The notes: generated by a model from the sequence alone, not told the origin. Shown: positions 49,870 to 63,038, numbered from the stretch's first letter. The stretch is DNA of 64,000 nt from Haliotis cracherodii (GCF_022045235.1 NW_027266297.1:73222001-73286000), one strand, 5' to 3'. A program made the numbers and translations.

Positions 49870-52420
49870 CCACCCCACCTTCACCCAATCCAATCCCACC
49901 TTCATACGCCCCACCCAAGCTTCATCCCATCTCACCTTCACCAATCCCACCTTCACCCCATCCCATCCCACCTTCATCCCATCCCACCTTCACGAAATCC
50001 CATCACATCTTCACCCCATCCCATCCCGACTTCACCCCATCCCATCCGAACTTCACCCCATCCGACCTTCACCCAATCCAATCCCACCTTCACCCAATCC
50101 CATCCCACCTTCACCTAATCCAATCCAACCTTCACCCAATCCAATCCCACCTTCACCCAATCCCATCCCACCTTCACCCAATCCAATCCAACCTTCACCC
50201 AATCCCATCCCACCTTCACCCAATCCCATCCCACCTTCACCTAATCCAATCCCACCTTCACCCCATCCGACTTTCACCCAATCCCACCTTCACCCAATCC
50301 AATCCCACCTTCACCTAATCCAATCCCACCTTCACCCAATCCCGTCCCACCTTCATCTAATCCAATCCAACCTTCAACCAATCCAATCCCACCTTCACCC
50401 CATCCGACTTTCACCCAATACCATCACATCTCCAACCAATCCCATCCCACCTTCACCCAATCCAATCCAACCTTCACCCAATCCAATCCCAACTTCACCC
50501 AATCTCACCTTCACCCAATCTCATCACACCTTCACCCAATCCCACCTTCATCCAACCCCACCTTCACCCAATCCCATCCCAACCTCATCCCGTCTCACCT
50601 TCACCTCATTCCACCTTCACCCCATCCCACCTTCACCCCATCCCATCCTCATCCCATCCCACCTTCACCTCATCCCACCTTCATCCCATCCCACCTTCAT
50701 CCAAACCCACCTTCATCCCATCCCATCCCACCTTCGACCCATCCCACCTTCAACCCATCCCATCCCACCTTCAACCCATCCGACCTTCATCCCATCTCAC
50801 CTTCACCCAATTTCATATCACCTTTATCCCATCTCACCTTCATCCCATCCCACCTTCACCAAATGCCATCCCACCTTCATCCCATCCCATCCTCATCCCA
50901 TCCCACCTTCACCTCATCCCACCTTCATCCCATCCCACCTTCATCCAAACCCACCTTCATCCCATCCCATCCCACCTTCGACCCATCCCACCTTCATCCC
51001 ATCCCATCCCACCCTCGACCCATCTCACCTTCATCCCATCCCACCTTCACCAAATGCCATCCGACCTTTATCCCATCTCACCTTCATCCTATCCCACCTT
51101 CACCAAATGCCATCCCACCTTCATCCCATCCCACCTTCATCCACTCCAATCCCACCTTCATCCAAACCCACCTTCACCCAATCCATCCCACCTTCATCCA
51201 CTCCAATCCCAACTTCATCCAAACCCACCTTCATCCAAACCCACCTTCATCCACTCCAATCCCACCTTCATCCAATCCCACCTTCATCCAAACCCACCTT
51301 CACCCAATCCATCCCACCTTCATCCAAACCCACCTTCACCAAATGCCGTCCCATCTTCATCCGGTCCCACCTTCACCAAATGACATCCCACCTTCATTCC
51401 GTCTCACCTTCACCCAATTTCATATCACCTTTATCCCATCGCACTTTCATCCCATCTCACCTTCACCCCATCGCACCTTCACCTAATCTCACCTTCACCC
51501 AGCCCCATCAAACCTTCATCCCATCCCACCTTCATCCCATCTCACCTTCACCCCACCTTCACCTAACCCCACCTTCACCCCATCCCACCTTCACCCAATC
51601 CCACCTTCAACTAATCCCACCTTCACCTAATCCCACCTTCACCTAATACCATCACACCTTCAACCCATCCCACCTTCATCCCATCTCACCTTCACCTAAT
51701 CCCAACTTCACCCCATCCCACCTTCACCTAATCCCACCTTCACCAAATACCATCCCACCTTCATTCCCATCCCACCTTTACCCCACCTTCACCTAACCCC
51801 ACCTTCACCCAATCCCACCTTCACCCAATCCCACATTCACCCAATCCCATCACGCCTCCACCCAATCCCATCCCACCTTCACCTAATCCCATCACGCCTC
51901 CACCCAACCCCATCCCACCTTCATCCAGGCCCACCTTCACCCAATCCCATCCCACCTTCACCCAATCAAATCCCACCTTCACCCAATCCCATCACGCCTC
52001 CACCCAATCCCATCCCAACCTCATCCAGGCCGACCTTCATCCAATCCCATCCCACCTTCACCCAATCCCACCTTCAACCCATCCCACCTTCATCCATCCC
52101 ACCTTCACCCCATCTCACCTTCACCCAATCCCACCTTCAACCCATCCCACCTTCAACCCATCCCACCTTCACCCCATCCCACCTTCATCCAAACCCACCT
52201 TCATCCCATCCCATCCCACCTTCGACCCATCCCACCTTCAACCCATCCCATCCCACCTTCAACCCATCCCACCTTCACCCCATCCCACCTTCATCCCATC
52301 TCACCTCCATCCAATCCCATCCCACCTTCACCTTATCACATTCATACCATCCTAACCCACCTTGAACCCACCCAATCTCGCCTTCACACCACCCCATCTC
52401 AGCTTTACCCCACCTCCATC
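49870..52420. repeat. C-rich low-complexity satellite (CCCAT/CCCACCTTCA-based)
   Basis: Irregular concatenation of CCCAT, CCAAT and CCCACCTTCA units; almost no G on the + strand. Confidence 0.95.
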
Positions 52421-52879
52421 TCCTCCGAAACATCTGACATATGACCAGTTGACTAACGCTTTGTCTGTGAAAATATTTAATTTTTACAGAAATAATCTAC
52501 TACATTTAATTGAAAAGGAGCCCCAGTGATATTGGATGGAGACCTGTAGGAAATCTAGACTTACTTCATTTAGGGCGACATCATTACGACAAGGGCTGGG
52601 TGGTAGGGCAAGTTATATGTCTGAGGGACTGTGAGACTGACTATTTGACCAGTAACGTATCTGTTTTCCTCTGAAAGTCTATGTTCAAAGAGCTTCGTAG
52701 CACGGACCGTTGACTGGTGAAAAGCGTCCCGGTATGTATTCAGTAGTGAATGCGGCGGAACGAGCTGTTCAAGTAGAGTAAGCGTGACTCATGTCTCTGA
52801 ATACTTGTATAGCAAGTATTAACATAACTTAGAACTTGTAAAATTGATGTGACATGTAACTACTACACTTCACCGCAGT

Positions 52880-54200
52880 CTTAGTGTACCATGATCGAGA
52901 CCGTGCCTAGAGACAGCGTCATTCTGTGTGTACAAACATCGACACCGTGCCTAGAGACAGTGGCAGTCTGTGTGTACAACCAACGACACCGTGCCTAGAC
53001 ACAGTGGCAGTCTGTGTGTACAACCATCGACACCGTGCCTAGAGACAGTGGCAGTCTGTGTGTACAACCATCGACACCGTGCCTAGAGACAGTGGCAGTC
53101 TGTGTGTACAACCATCGACACCGTGCCTAGAGACAGCGTCATTCTTAGTGTACAACCATCGACACCGTGCCAAGAGACAGCGTCAGTCTTAGTGTACAAC
53201 CATCGACACCCTGCCTAGCGAAAGTGTCAGTCTCAGAGTACAACCATCGACACCGTGCCTAGTGACAGCGTCAGTCTTAGTGTACAACCATCGACACCGT
53301 GCCTAGAGACAGCGTCTGTCTTTGTGTACAACCATCGACACCCTGCCTAGCGAAAGTGTCAGTCTCAAAGTACAACCATCGACACCGTGCCTAGAGACAG
53401 TGTCGGTCTTTGTGTACAACCATCGACACCGTGCTTAGAGACAGTTTCGATCTTTGTGTACAACCATCGACACCGTGCCTAGAGAAAGTGTCGGTCTTTG
53501 TGTACAACCATCGACACCGTGCCCAGAGAAAGTGTCAGTCTTTGTGTACAACCATCGACACCGTGCCTGGAGACAGTGTCGGTCTTTGTGTACAACCATC
53601 GACACCGTGCCTAGAGAAAGTGTCAGTCTCAGTGTACAACCATCGACATCGTGCCTAGAGACAATAGCAGCCTCAGTGTACAACCATCGACACCGTGCCT
53701 AGAGACAGTAGCAGTCTCAGTGTACAACCATCGACATCGTGCCTAGAGACAGTGTCAGTCTTAGTGTACAACCATCGACACCGTGCTTAGAGACAGTGGC
53801 AGTCTCAGTGTACAACCATCGACACCGTGCCTAGAGACAGTGTCGGTCTTTGTGTACAACCATCGACACCGTGCTTAGAGACAGTTTCGATCTTTGTGTA
53901 CAACCATCGACACCGTGCCTAGAGACAGTGTCGGTCTTTGTGTACAACCATCGACACCGTGCCCAGAGAAAGTGTCAGTCTTTGTGTACAACCATCGATA
54001 CCGTGCATGGAGACAGTGTCGGTCTTTGTGTACAAAAATCGACACCGTGCCTAGAGAAAGTGTCAGTCTCAGTGTACAACCATCGACACCGTGCCTAGAG
54101 ACAATATCAGCCTCAGTGTACAACCATCGACACCGTGCCTAGAGACAGTGTCAGTCTCAGAGTACAACCATCGACACCGTGCCTAGAGACAGTGTCAGCC
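52880..54200. repeat. 44-bp minisatellite (~30 copies) with 440-bp higher-order duplication
   Basis: Unit GTGTACAACCATCGACACCGTGCCTAGAGACAGTGTCAGTCTTA; variant order repeats at +440. Confidence 0.95.
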
Positions 54201-54554
54201 TCTTGTGCTCTGTGTCTCTAACGCCCATGTTTTAAATTAACATCAGTACAACGTGAAAGGAATTTGTCGCTCAATTTGTGTACAAAGCCACATACAAGAT
54301 TAATAAAATTTCATTTTCATAGGTTTGCTTTTTACATGTAAATGCACTGACCTAGTGGATGTTTGCACTGTCGGGACAAGAAAGGATACCAGCCAAACAT
54401 AATTGCTCTTGTTCCATAATGAATTCTTTGAATATTAAATCAGAGGTATCTACATAATTATGTGAAGGACATTTCGTGAAATAGGATTTAACGTGTCCTT
54501 TACGAATATTTCGATCATAGAGCGATGTGCGTGCGCGTACGTGTGTGGCTGCAT

Positions 54555-54710
54555 GTACTAGTCCGGACTAATGCCGGTTTCTTAGTGCTCGTCCACTGAG
54601 ATACCATGCCGCGACCAGACCTCGTTTATCCCCATGCCGCGCTCCAGGCAGGGTAACAACACGTTCCCATATCTTAAAGTCTTTTTATATGACGCGTCCA
54701 GGGGATCGAT
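54555..54710 (-). mobile_element. SINE family D (Meta-like), partial
   Basis: Similar to 20254-20400 (caggcagggtaacaac...gtctttttatatgacgcgtccaggggatcga). Confidence 0.55.
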
Positions 54711-54771
54711 AAATATATGTTCTGAAATTTGATGTGAAGGTAAACACAAACAAAACTATGGACATTGTGTT

Positions 54772-54904
54772 NNNNNNNNNNNNNNNNNNNNNNNNNNNNN
54801 NNNNNNNNNNNNNNNNNNNNNNNNNNNNNNNNNNNNNNNNNNNNNNNNNNNNNNNNNNNNNNNNNNNNNNNNNNNNNNNNNNNNNNNNNNNNNNNNNNNN
54901 NNNN
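54772..54904. other. Assembly gap (N run)
   Basis: Run of N. Confidence 1.
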
Positions 54905-55159
54905 TGGAAATATCATGTTACAAACGAACAGGAATTATGACTTTATTGTGGATCCGGAGTGGATGTTCAAATAAATAGCTTAGGAGGTTTAGAAGTGAAA
55001 GACATAGTTTGCAAGAAGAAAGCGTAGATAGGACACGTATGCTATGACAGATCGTCAGTCATCATATTTGAAAAATATTGTTGAAGATGAGGAACCTTTT
55101 CTTGACTGAATGATCTTATTGTAACCCCTGTATCAGTGCCTCAAGATGTATATGTAGTT

Positions 55160-55368
55160 TCCTCAACCCATACTTGCTGTAAGAGGCGACTAACAGGATC
55201 AGGTGGTCAGGCTCGCTGACTTGGTTGATGCATGTCATCGTGTCCCATTGGCGGAGATCGATGGTCATGATGTAAATAACTGGATTTGTCTGGTCCAGAC
55301 TCGATTATTTACAGACCGCCGTCATATAGCTGGAGTATCGCTGAGTGAGGCATAAAACAACAAACAAA
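55160..55368 (+). mobile_element. SINE-like family B
   Basis: GTAAGAGGCGACTAACAGGATC...CCAGACTCGATTATTTACAGACCGCC...(AAAC)n. Confidence 0.85.
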
Positions 55369-56280
55369 TATCACAGTATTTCAGTATATTGTGTATATTT
55401 AGCTGTTTTAGTTTCAATAAAGTGCCTTGTTTATGTATTTATTAATTTTTGTTGTTGTCTCATAAATGGCTGTGCCTTGAGTTGTAGATATTGCGATCAT
55501 ACACGTAGGCGTTTTCTTGTTTGCATTTTAAGTCTATCTACGATTGAAACATGAATAAACACCTTTGTGTGTCTGTCTACTGCAGTAAAAACTATTTTGT
55601 ATTTAGTTGCAATGGTTATATTGGTTATATATTTAAGAAGGTTTAAGTAAAGAATTTATGATTACGCGTTAATTATGATTGTAAAATTAAGGTGCATTCA
55701 ACTGTACAGTTAACATGCAAAATGCTTGCACTGACGCTCATGCACATAGGTAGCTACTTTGTGCTCTGAGCCGATCCGCTAAGTCTCCCGAGGATCCTCT
55801 CTGTGATCCCACGCTCCATCCAGCTAATCCTCAGTCGGGGCAGGGCTGTATTCTTCACATCGACTCGGGTTGATGTGTAACCTACTGCATAACATCTTAT
55901 CTGCACAATGGTATATAAATACATTTCAGCCTATTAATCAGTTATTTCACAACGGGTTTGCGACAAGATTAAACCAGCACCAAGATGCGATACACTTGTC
56001 CTCACTGACACCAGAGAAGCACCAATCAGAACCTTCTTCCTCATTGGAATGAAAGGGGATTCCCCTAACTATCCACTAGTTTCACCCAGCTTTGAGAACG
56101 TTGACACGGTGTAATCGCCGACCATTGATACCTGGTCCAGCAGATAACCTCACACATTGTATACCCGTACGCAATGTTTAATGTTCAGTGTGTATATTTG
56201 TAATTGCTGTTGGTGTAAAGTCGTGCTTGCATGTTCGTAATACTCGTAGCATATATATGTTTCCTTCTTATCCCTATATT

Positions 56281-56418
56281 GGCGGCGGGTGGCCTAGATG
56301 TTTAAGCGTTGGCTTATCACGAGGGATCGATTCCCAGATGGCTAAACCCCGTGAATCCTATTTCTAGCGTCACCACCGCGATTTTGCCGGAATATTGCTA
56401 AAAGCACTCACTCACTCA
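56281..56418 (+). mobile_element. SINE family A, diverged
   Basis: GGGTGGCCTAG...GGAATATTGCTAAAAGC(ACTC)n. Confidence 0.65.
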
Positions 56419-56425
56419 GACCTTT

Positions 56426-57426
56426 CACAATATCAGTTTAAACATTGTGCTTCTGTGTGTAAAGCGATGTCAGTGTATTTGTTTAACTTGTTATGAGTGG
56501 GTGCCCGGAGTATTTAGGACATACGTACTGACCGCAACTGTTCTGCTGTTTAAGGAAGGAAAATAATCTCGCCTGCACGATACACATAGACTGGAGAAAC
56601 AGGATACTTAGCCGTCATTCAGTTAAAATACGACTGAACAGTTAGGATTACACTTTAATACTTCATGCAAACGACGTCATGTGCGGGCAAACTTCTCTTG
56701 CCACATTAACTACCACCTGAGGTGTCACACCCCACAACTGTGTGGAGTTATATACACCTTGGTTGTCACAGACCAACACTGTGAGGAGTTATATACACCT
56801 TGGTTGTCACACACCAGCACTGTGTGGAGTTATATCCACCTAGGTTGTCACACCCCACAACTGTGTGGAGTTATATACACCTAGGTTGTCACAGACCAAC
56901 ACTGTAAGGAGTTATATACACCTAGGTTGTCACACACCAGCACTGTGTGGAGTTATATACACCTAGGTTGTCACAGACCAACACTGTGAGGAGTTATATA
57001 CACCTTAGTTGTAACACACCAACACTGTGAGGAGTTATATACACCTAGGTTGTCACAGACCAACACTGTGAGGAGTTATATACACCTTGGTTGTCACACA
57101 CCAGCACTGTGTGGAGTTATATACACCTAGGTTGTCACACCCCAACACCGCGTGGAGTTATATACACTTTGGTTGTCATACACCAACACCGCGTGGAGTT
57201 ATATACACTTTGGTTGTCATACACCAACAACTCTGTGGAGTTATATACACCGTGGTTGTCACACACCAACACTGTGAGGAGTTATATACACCGTGGTTGT
57301 CATACACCAACACTGTGAGGAGTTATATACACCGTGGTTGTCATACACCAACACTGTTAAACAAGTTAAACAAATACACTGACATCGCTTTACACACAGA
57401 AGCACAATGTTTAAACTGATACTGTG
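56426..57426. mobile_element. Non-autonomous TIR element carrying an internal tandem array
   Basis: Perfect 62-bp inverted repeat 56431-56492 / 57360-57421. Confidence 0.75.
56721..57357. repeat. ~41-bp minisatellite (~15 copies) inside the TIR element
   Basis: Unit GTTGTCACACACCAACACTGTGAGGAGTTATATACACCTAG. Confidence 0.93.
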
Positions 57427-59607
57427 TACAATCGACGACACGAGTATTTACAGATCGCCAGCCTATAGCTATAAATCTTGAAAAAAATTCGAGCTGGAAA
57501 GCACTGCGAAAATTGCGAGTGACACACATTCATAATAGTTTCATGACGCAGTTACTTTGGCAGACCACAACATACACAAAATGGAGTTTTACAGGGACTC
57601 GTTTGAAATTTCTGAGTATGTGAGTAAGCATGCAAAATCACATTGACTCAGGTGGTAGCCTGTCATCTCCTTGAACCGTGACAGACACCAAGAAAGGAGC
57701 ACATATGACGCGTGTAATGACTCAGGTAGTGGGATTTCCGAGATGATACAAAAATAGCGACACGTCCACTTGGTAACTGAACCCCTTTGCCAAACGTTGT
57801 TTTTCCCATCACTGAAGAGCCCAGATCACAAACTGTGAATGATAAATGGAGGTTATCACGCGAGTGTGTTTGGGGATGGTAAATATCCTGCATTAGGAAT
57901 AAACATTGTATTTAGCGAGCATTGGCGTGATAACCTCTTTATCATATAATGTCATTCTTTAATTCTGTGCTTCAAAATCGCTTTCCCTCTCTCACACACA
58001 AAAAGGAAACATTGCGAGTTTTCCTGGAATGCGCGCATTAATATCTATTACGTCAGAGGGTAAGTGATGAGTAAGTCGGACAGTGACAGTAGCCAATATA
58101 GTTCCAACTGAAATCTATTTCTTATGCGTGGCGAAGCAACATATACGCAAAACAACAGTTGTTTTTAATTGCCTTTCGCGGCAATCCATCGGTCTGTCCA
58201 CTAGAGTAACTGCCCTTTGTCAAAGGGAAGCTACTCTAACCCTAGTCTATGAGACGTCACGGCCACGGTCAGACGTTGTTGACAGTCGGTCTGTCCTGCC
58301 ATAACGTTAAGAAGTGTAGTCAGATGTACACACAACGACAAAACGAAACAAGGTAACAATTCAAACATATTTCAGCCAAATCCAACTATTTTAATTTGTG
58401 GAGTAGGTTTCAAGCCGCAGAGGTCTACAAGCACAGATATGGCAACTGATCCCGCTTGGCTAGGCCTCGTGCACTCGCAAAATTGTGTCGAAATTTATAT
58501 CTCCAAAGTTGCCAAAACTTATCAAATGCCTTAGCTACGTCACAGTTAGACACTGATTTTCAGTATATTAGACTGTTCTTTTGATAATGACAGCAATTAT
58601 ACCTGTAGTTTATCCAGATTCCCGATGGTTAATTCTGACTCGATCGCCGAATGACGAGGGCGACGCCATATTTGTTTATAAACAGTGAAAGTAGTCCTTA
58701 CTTGACCTTTGATATTTGCATCTCTATCCGCATATGACCCCAACGGATATCGTTTTTATCCGTTGGCTTTATCCTGCCGAGAAACCTACCCATTATATGA
58801 TAATACCTCATATCTTTCAGGACATGTTAAACTAGGCTTGTAATTGACAAATTTATTGCAATCATTACAGTTATTTCTTTGCATTAAACTTATGTCAACA
58901 CAATACACTTATGTGTACACAAGGGGTCTGTTCCTTCCTTTCCCAACTAGCCATACGAGCATTTGAAAAAATATAGGATAATTATAAGAAAACTCTGTTC
59001 AAAGCAAAATCCACTGTACGACTGAGACTATATCATCAACATGTATTGATGAATCGCTATCAAATTGTGATGATACCAGGTGTTCGCGAAATGCCCAACC
59101 GGTGGCACCGTCACAAATAAGAAGTGGAACCTACATACAATCCTGTATCATGCTATATGTGTCAACAATTTATGGTCATTCGACACAGAAACGTATTCAT
59201 ATACCACAGGGGGCTAATAATTCATAAACATAAATTTTCGCTTTTCATCGTTCTCGGAAAGTGTTGTCTTCCAAGTAAGGACATTGTTGTCTAATGTCAT
59301 TACCGAGAATACACGGGTGCTAGCTATGCACGTTAAGAAGTGTTAGGTATATCCAAGGAATATATTTCTTTTAACCCTTTTCGTTACTTACAAGCAGCAG
59401 AATCTTTATTGTCTGATGTTTTGGCAGGACATGCTGACCCTTTTCGCGAACACCCTGTGTCATCACCGATTTTCAGTGATAAATCTTATAATAATTATTT
59501 TCATCGCTATTTTGCCCGTTACGCCAATTGGAAACTGTTTAGTCGGATAATTGAGACTGGGTATTCTCTGGCCTTGACGTTCTATGGTTACTTCAAACAT
59601 GCAGCTG

Positions 59608-59815
59608 CCAGTGAAGATCCGGGGTAGAATAGGTCTTCAGCAACCCATACTTTGCTAGTCGTAAGAGGCGACTAACGGGATTGGATGGTCAGGCCCGCTG
59701 ACTTGGTTGATGCACGTCATCGTATCCCAACTGCGTGGATCGATGCTCGTGATATCAATCACTGGATTGTTTGCTCCAGACTCGAGTATTTACAGACCGC
59801 CGTCATAAAGCTATA
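59608..59815 (+). mobile_element. SINE-like family B, lacking the last part of the tail
   Basis: GTGAAGATCCGGGGTAGAATAGG...GTCGTAAGAGGCGACTAACGGG. Confidence 0.85.
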
Positions 59816-59871
59816 AATCTGCAAAAAAATGCGAGTTGGAGCACTGCGAAAATTGCGAGTGACAGACACTC

Positions 59872-60043
59872 ACTATAGTTTTAGGACGCAGTTACTCGGG
59901 TAAACCTCAACACTGACTATAGTTTTAGGACGCAGTTACTCGGGTAAACCTCAACACTGACTATAGTTTTATGACGCAGTAACTAGGGTAAACCTCAACA
60001 CTGACTATAGTTTTATGACGCAGTAACTAGGGTAAACCACAAC
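59872..60043. repeat. 44-bp minisatellite (4 copies)
   Basis: Unit ACTATAGTTTTAGGACGCAGTTACTCGGGTAAACCTCAACACTG. Confidence 0.9.
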
Positions 60044-60613
60044 AAACGCAAAATGTAAGGAGGCATATTTCTTTTATTCACCTCCACAGTTTGCCAGACC
60101 AGACAGTACCTGATTAAATGCATAATCCGTAACATTCTGTTTCCTTGATTGCACATTGTCTCTCAGTGTCCTCAGGAGTCAGGAAAGTTCACTAATCTGC
60201 CACATCGTCAAGTTGTTCACATAACACGGAGTAGTCCAGATAGACGCCAGCTACACATAAATAACTCCCTTGATGCAGTTCTTATGACTACAAATATACA
60301 CTTGCAAACAATTGTTAGATTCTATTAATAAGTATTATGATAAACGGAGTCTTAAGGTTAATTTTTCGAAAACATTAAATATTGGTCAAGATATTTAGGA
60401 AAATTAGAAGAATTCTAAATTCACTATTACAAAACAAAATCTGATAGAGCAAACAACCAAATCAATGTAAACTGAACGGCAAAAGAAACTTTACACCAGA
60501 TTGAAGAGACTTTAATAAACTGAAAATAACAATAGTTTGAGGTAAAGTATATTTAATAAACCAACAATTCCACAAAGTATTGAATAACTCAAACTTGACA
60601 ATTTGTGTTTACA

Positions 60614-61120
60614 CAGAGCTCCAGATAAGCTTTTGGTGTTGTGGGTATTTTACCCATGCATTTTAAAATCATTGGGTATCAGTAATTCAATCTGCGTATT
60701 CAAATTTCTGTTACCCACTAGTTTTTACAGATGTGGGTATTTAAGTTAAATATTTAAAAACACTATTCATCTAGTCCCTGCAAACTGGTGTCGTGGGGGT
60801 TCGAGAGCTTTATAGGACTCAAAAATACCACGAATACTTCCACAAGAAAGTGTGATGGCAAATGATCAAGATGTAACTGTCATCGTGGAGTTTGGCAAGG
60901 TTGACGGAATGCCCGTTTATAATTCAAAATAAGTTGCTGATTTGGTAATCGAATACGCAGGGTTACTTCACAATATTTTGATGATACGCACAAGTTTTAT
61001 TTTTTGTAGCGTATCTGTAATGTTCGTTGCGTATTTGATACGCTTGGATTATATTTTACTGCGTATTTCTGCATTTCTGATGCGTATTTCACGCAGATAC
61101 GCAGCTTATCTGGAGCTCTG
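60614..61120. mobile_element. MITE with 17-bp TIR and 6-bp direct repeat TTTACA
   Basis: CAGAGCTCCAGATAAGC ... GCTTATCTGGAGCTCTG, TTTACA immediately outside both ends. Confidence 0.8.
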
Positions 61121-61250
61121 TTTACATATTGTACACCAGGCAAACAAAATCAGTGGAAGTTGAAAATTCAGTTGTTCAGATTTTAACTGCAATTCATTCA
61201 AACAGGGAAAGTGGTCAAAGACACAAAATCTGTCATTTTAATACCGAATT

Positions 61251-61442
61251 TGGCCACCCCGTGCCTCCATACATGCAAAGACTGGCCACCACGTGCCTCC
61301 ATACATGCAAAGACTGGCCACCACGTGCCTCCATACATGCAAAGACTGGCCACCCCGTGCCTCCATACATGCAAAGACTGGCGACCCCGTGCCTCCATAC
61401 AGCAAAGACTGGCCATCCCGTGCCTCCATACATGCAAAGACT
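61251..61442. repeat. 32-bp minisatellite (6 copies) derived from the Tc1 transposase C-terminus
   Basis: Unit TGGCCACCCCGTGCCTCCATACATGCAAAGAC; minus strand encodes VFACMEARGGQ. Confidence 0.9.
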
Positions 61443-63038
61443 CTGTGTCTGAAGTCACGTGGCAAGAGGATCTTGTAGAGCTTGTATCAACTCTTGTCTG
61501 TACGTGGTGGGTGTAACTCGACAGTCCAAAACGTCATAGATGTGTTGTATTAGTGATAAGTCAGGAGAACATGCCGGCCACGGTAAGACGTTGACGTTGT
61601 TGTTGGCAAGTAAGTCCACTACGAAAGGAGAAGTGTGGAACCTGGCGTTGTCCAGTTGGTACAGAACACTTCGGGGCTGTTGCTGGAGGTAGGGCAGCAC
61701 TACTGGACGGAGCATGTTATCTATTTTGCGTTGCGCATTGAGGTTTCCACTCATAACGACGAGTGGCGTTGTTCGGTCTAAAAGTATTCTCCCCACACCA
61801 TAATGCCATCTCCACCGTAAGGAACGACTTCTTGAACGCAGCACCTCTGTTCACCTCTGCGTAGGTAACAACGATGTCTGCCATCAACTCTAAACAAACA
61901 GAACCTGCTTACGTCCGTTAAGACCACGCAGTGTAAATCCCGACGCTGCCACCGTCGCACTGTATTAGCCAATCGTATTCGTCAACATCTATCCTCTGAA
62001 CGGTCTATAGACCTCATACCTGCTGCCCGAAATCTTTTGGTCACTGTGTGTGTGCTCACCCACCGATCCAAAGCATTCACTGCCCATGGCGTCACTGTGA
62101 GGAAGCGGTTGCGGAGGTCGCAGATACCGGTCTTCCTGTGGCGTAGAGACCCGTGGTCTCCCTGTCCTGACCATGTCCGATGTCCTTCCAGTCTGTCTGA
62201 AACCCTGAAACATGTTTCCAACGGCAACACGGGAACAGACAAAGGTTCTTGCAACGTGGGTGCGCGTGGCCCCCATCTGGACCATCCCCATTGCTCGCTC
62301 ACGTTGTTCTGATGTTCGTCTTGGTATTTCAAATGTGTGTTTTTTACAATGTGGATGTTTGACATTGCTACTGTGCAGTTTTATACCCCTGTGACACGCG
62401 TACGTACATTTCTACCAGCAATGACATCACGTGATGGTACATGTTTCGCATTTTCTCAATAACACTACATATATATATATTTAAGTATCAACGCTGTACC
62501 TCTAGTTCAGTTCAGTTCAGTCAATTACAAGTATTTATATCACTGGCTGACACTAAGTTCCCATTTCGCCACGCCGCGTCCCACTTATAAAAGTAACAAG
62601 TGCAAAGCAACTTTCATCTTTGATAATCTCACACCAGGGTGTCACTATACTTTCCAGACGCAGTTACAGCTTTTGTTAGCTACCAGCCAAAATTTGATGG
62701 CTCAAAATGTTCCCGATTCACAATAGCTGCAACATTGCTGAGTGAGGCGTAACCAACAAACAAACAAATCGTATGTGTACAATGTATACATTTATCCCAA
62801 AGACCCCCGGAGATCAGAATATATGAGGACGTAACCAATTAACCACGACCATTTATGGCACCCGACAAGTCATAATTAAACATAATGCCGATATACCACT
62901 AAGTATATATTCGTTCTACCAATGTCCCTTTTTTCTGTGAAAGAACGTTTGACGCTTTGTAAGACCCTAAGAGTGCACTTGACAATAGAAAGGCTGCTGG
63001 ATATGTGGGCGGGTAGTCCTTCCACGTGTAGTTATTTA

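Larger units (their letters stand above)
60470..62450 (-). mobile_element. Tc1-like transposon remnant, interrupted by a MITE and a minisatellite
   Basis: GMVQMGATRTHVAR...TGRPRVSTPQEDRY...LTDVSRF...QLDNARFH...WPACSPDLS...ARGGQIRY; TIR-like AACTGAACGGCAAAAGAAAC at 60470. Confidence 0.8.

Noticed and set aside
49754-51646. 630-aa Pro/His/Ser-rich ORF (extensin/mucin-like)
   Set aside because: Translation of a G-poor low-complexity satellite that rarely forms stop codons; overlapping frames are equally open
52880-57357. CRISPR-like appearance of the regular arrays
   Set aside because: Units are contiguous with no unique spacers, no cas genes, eukaryotic context
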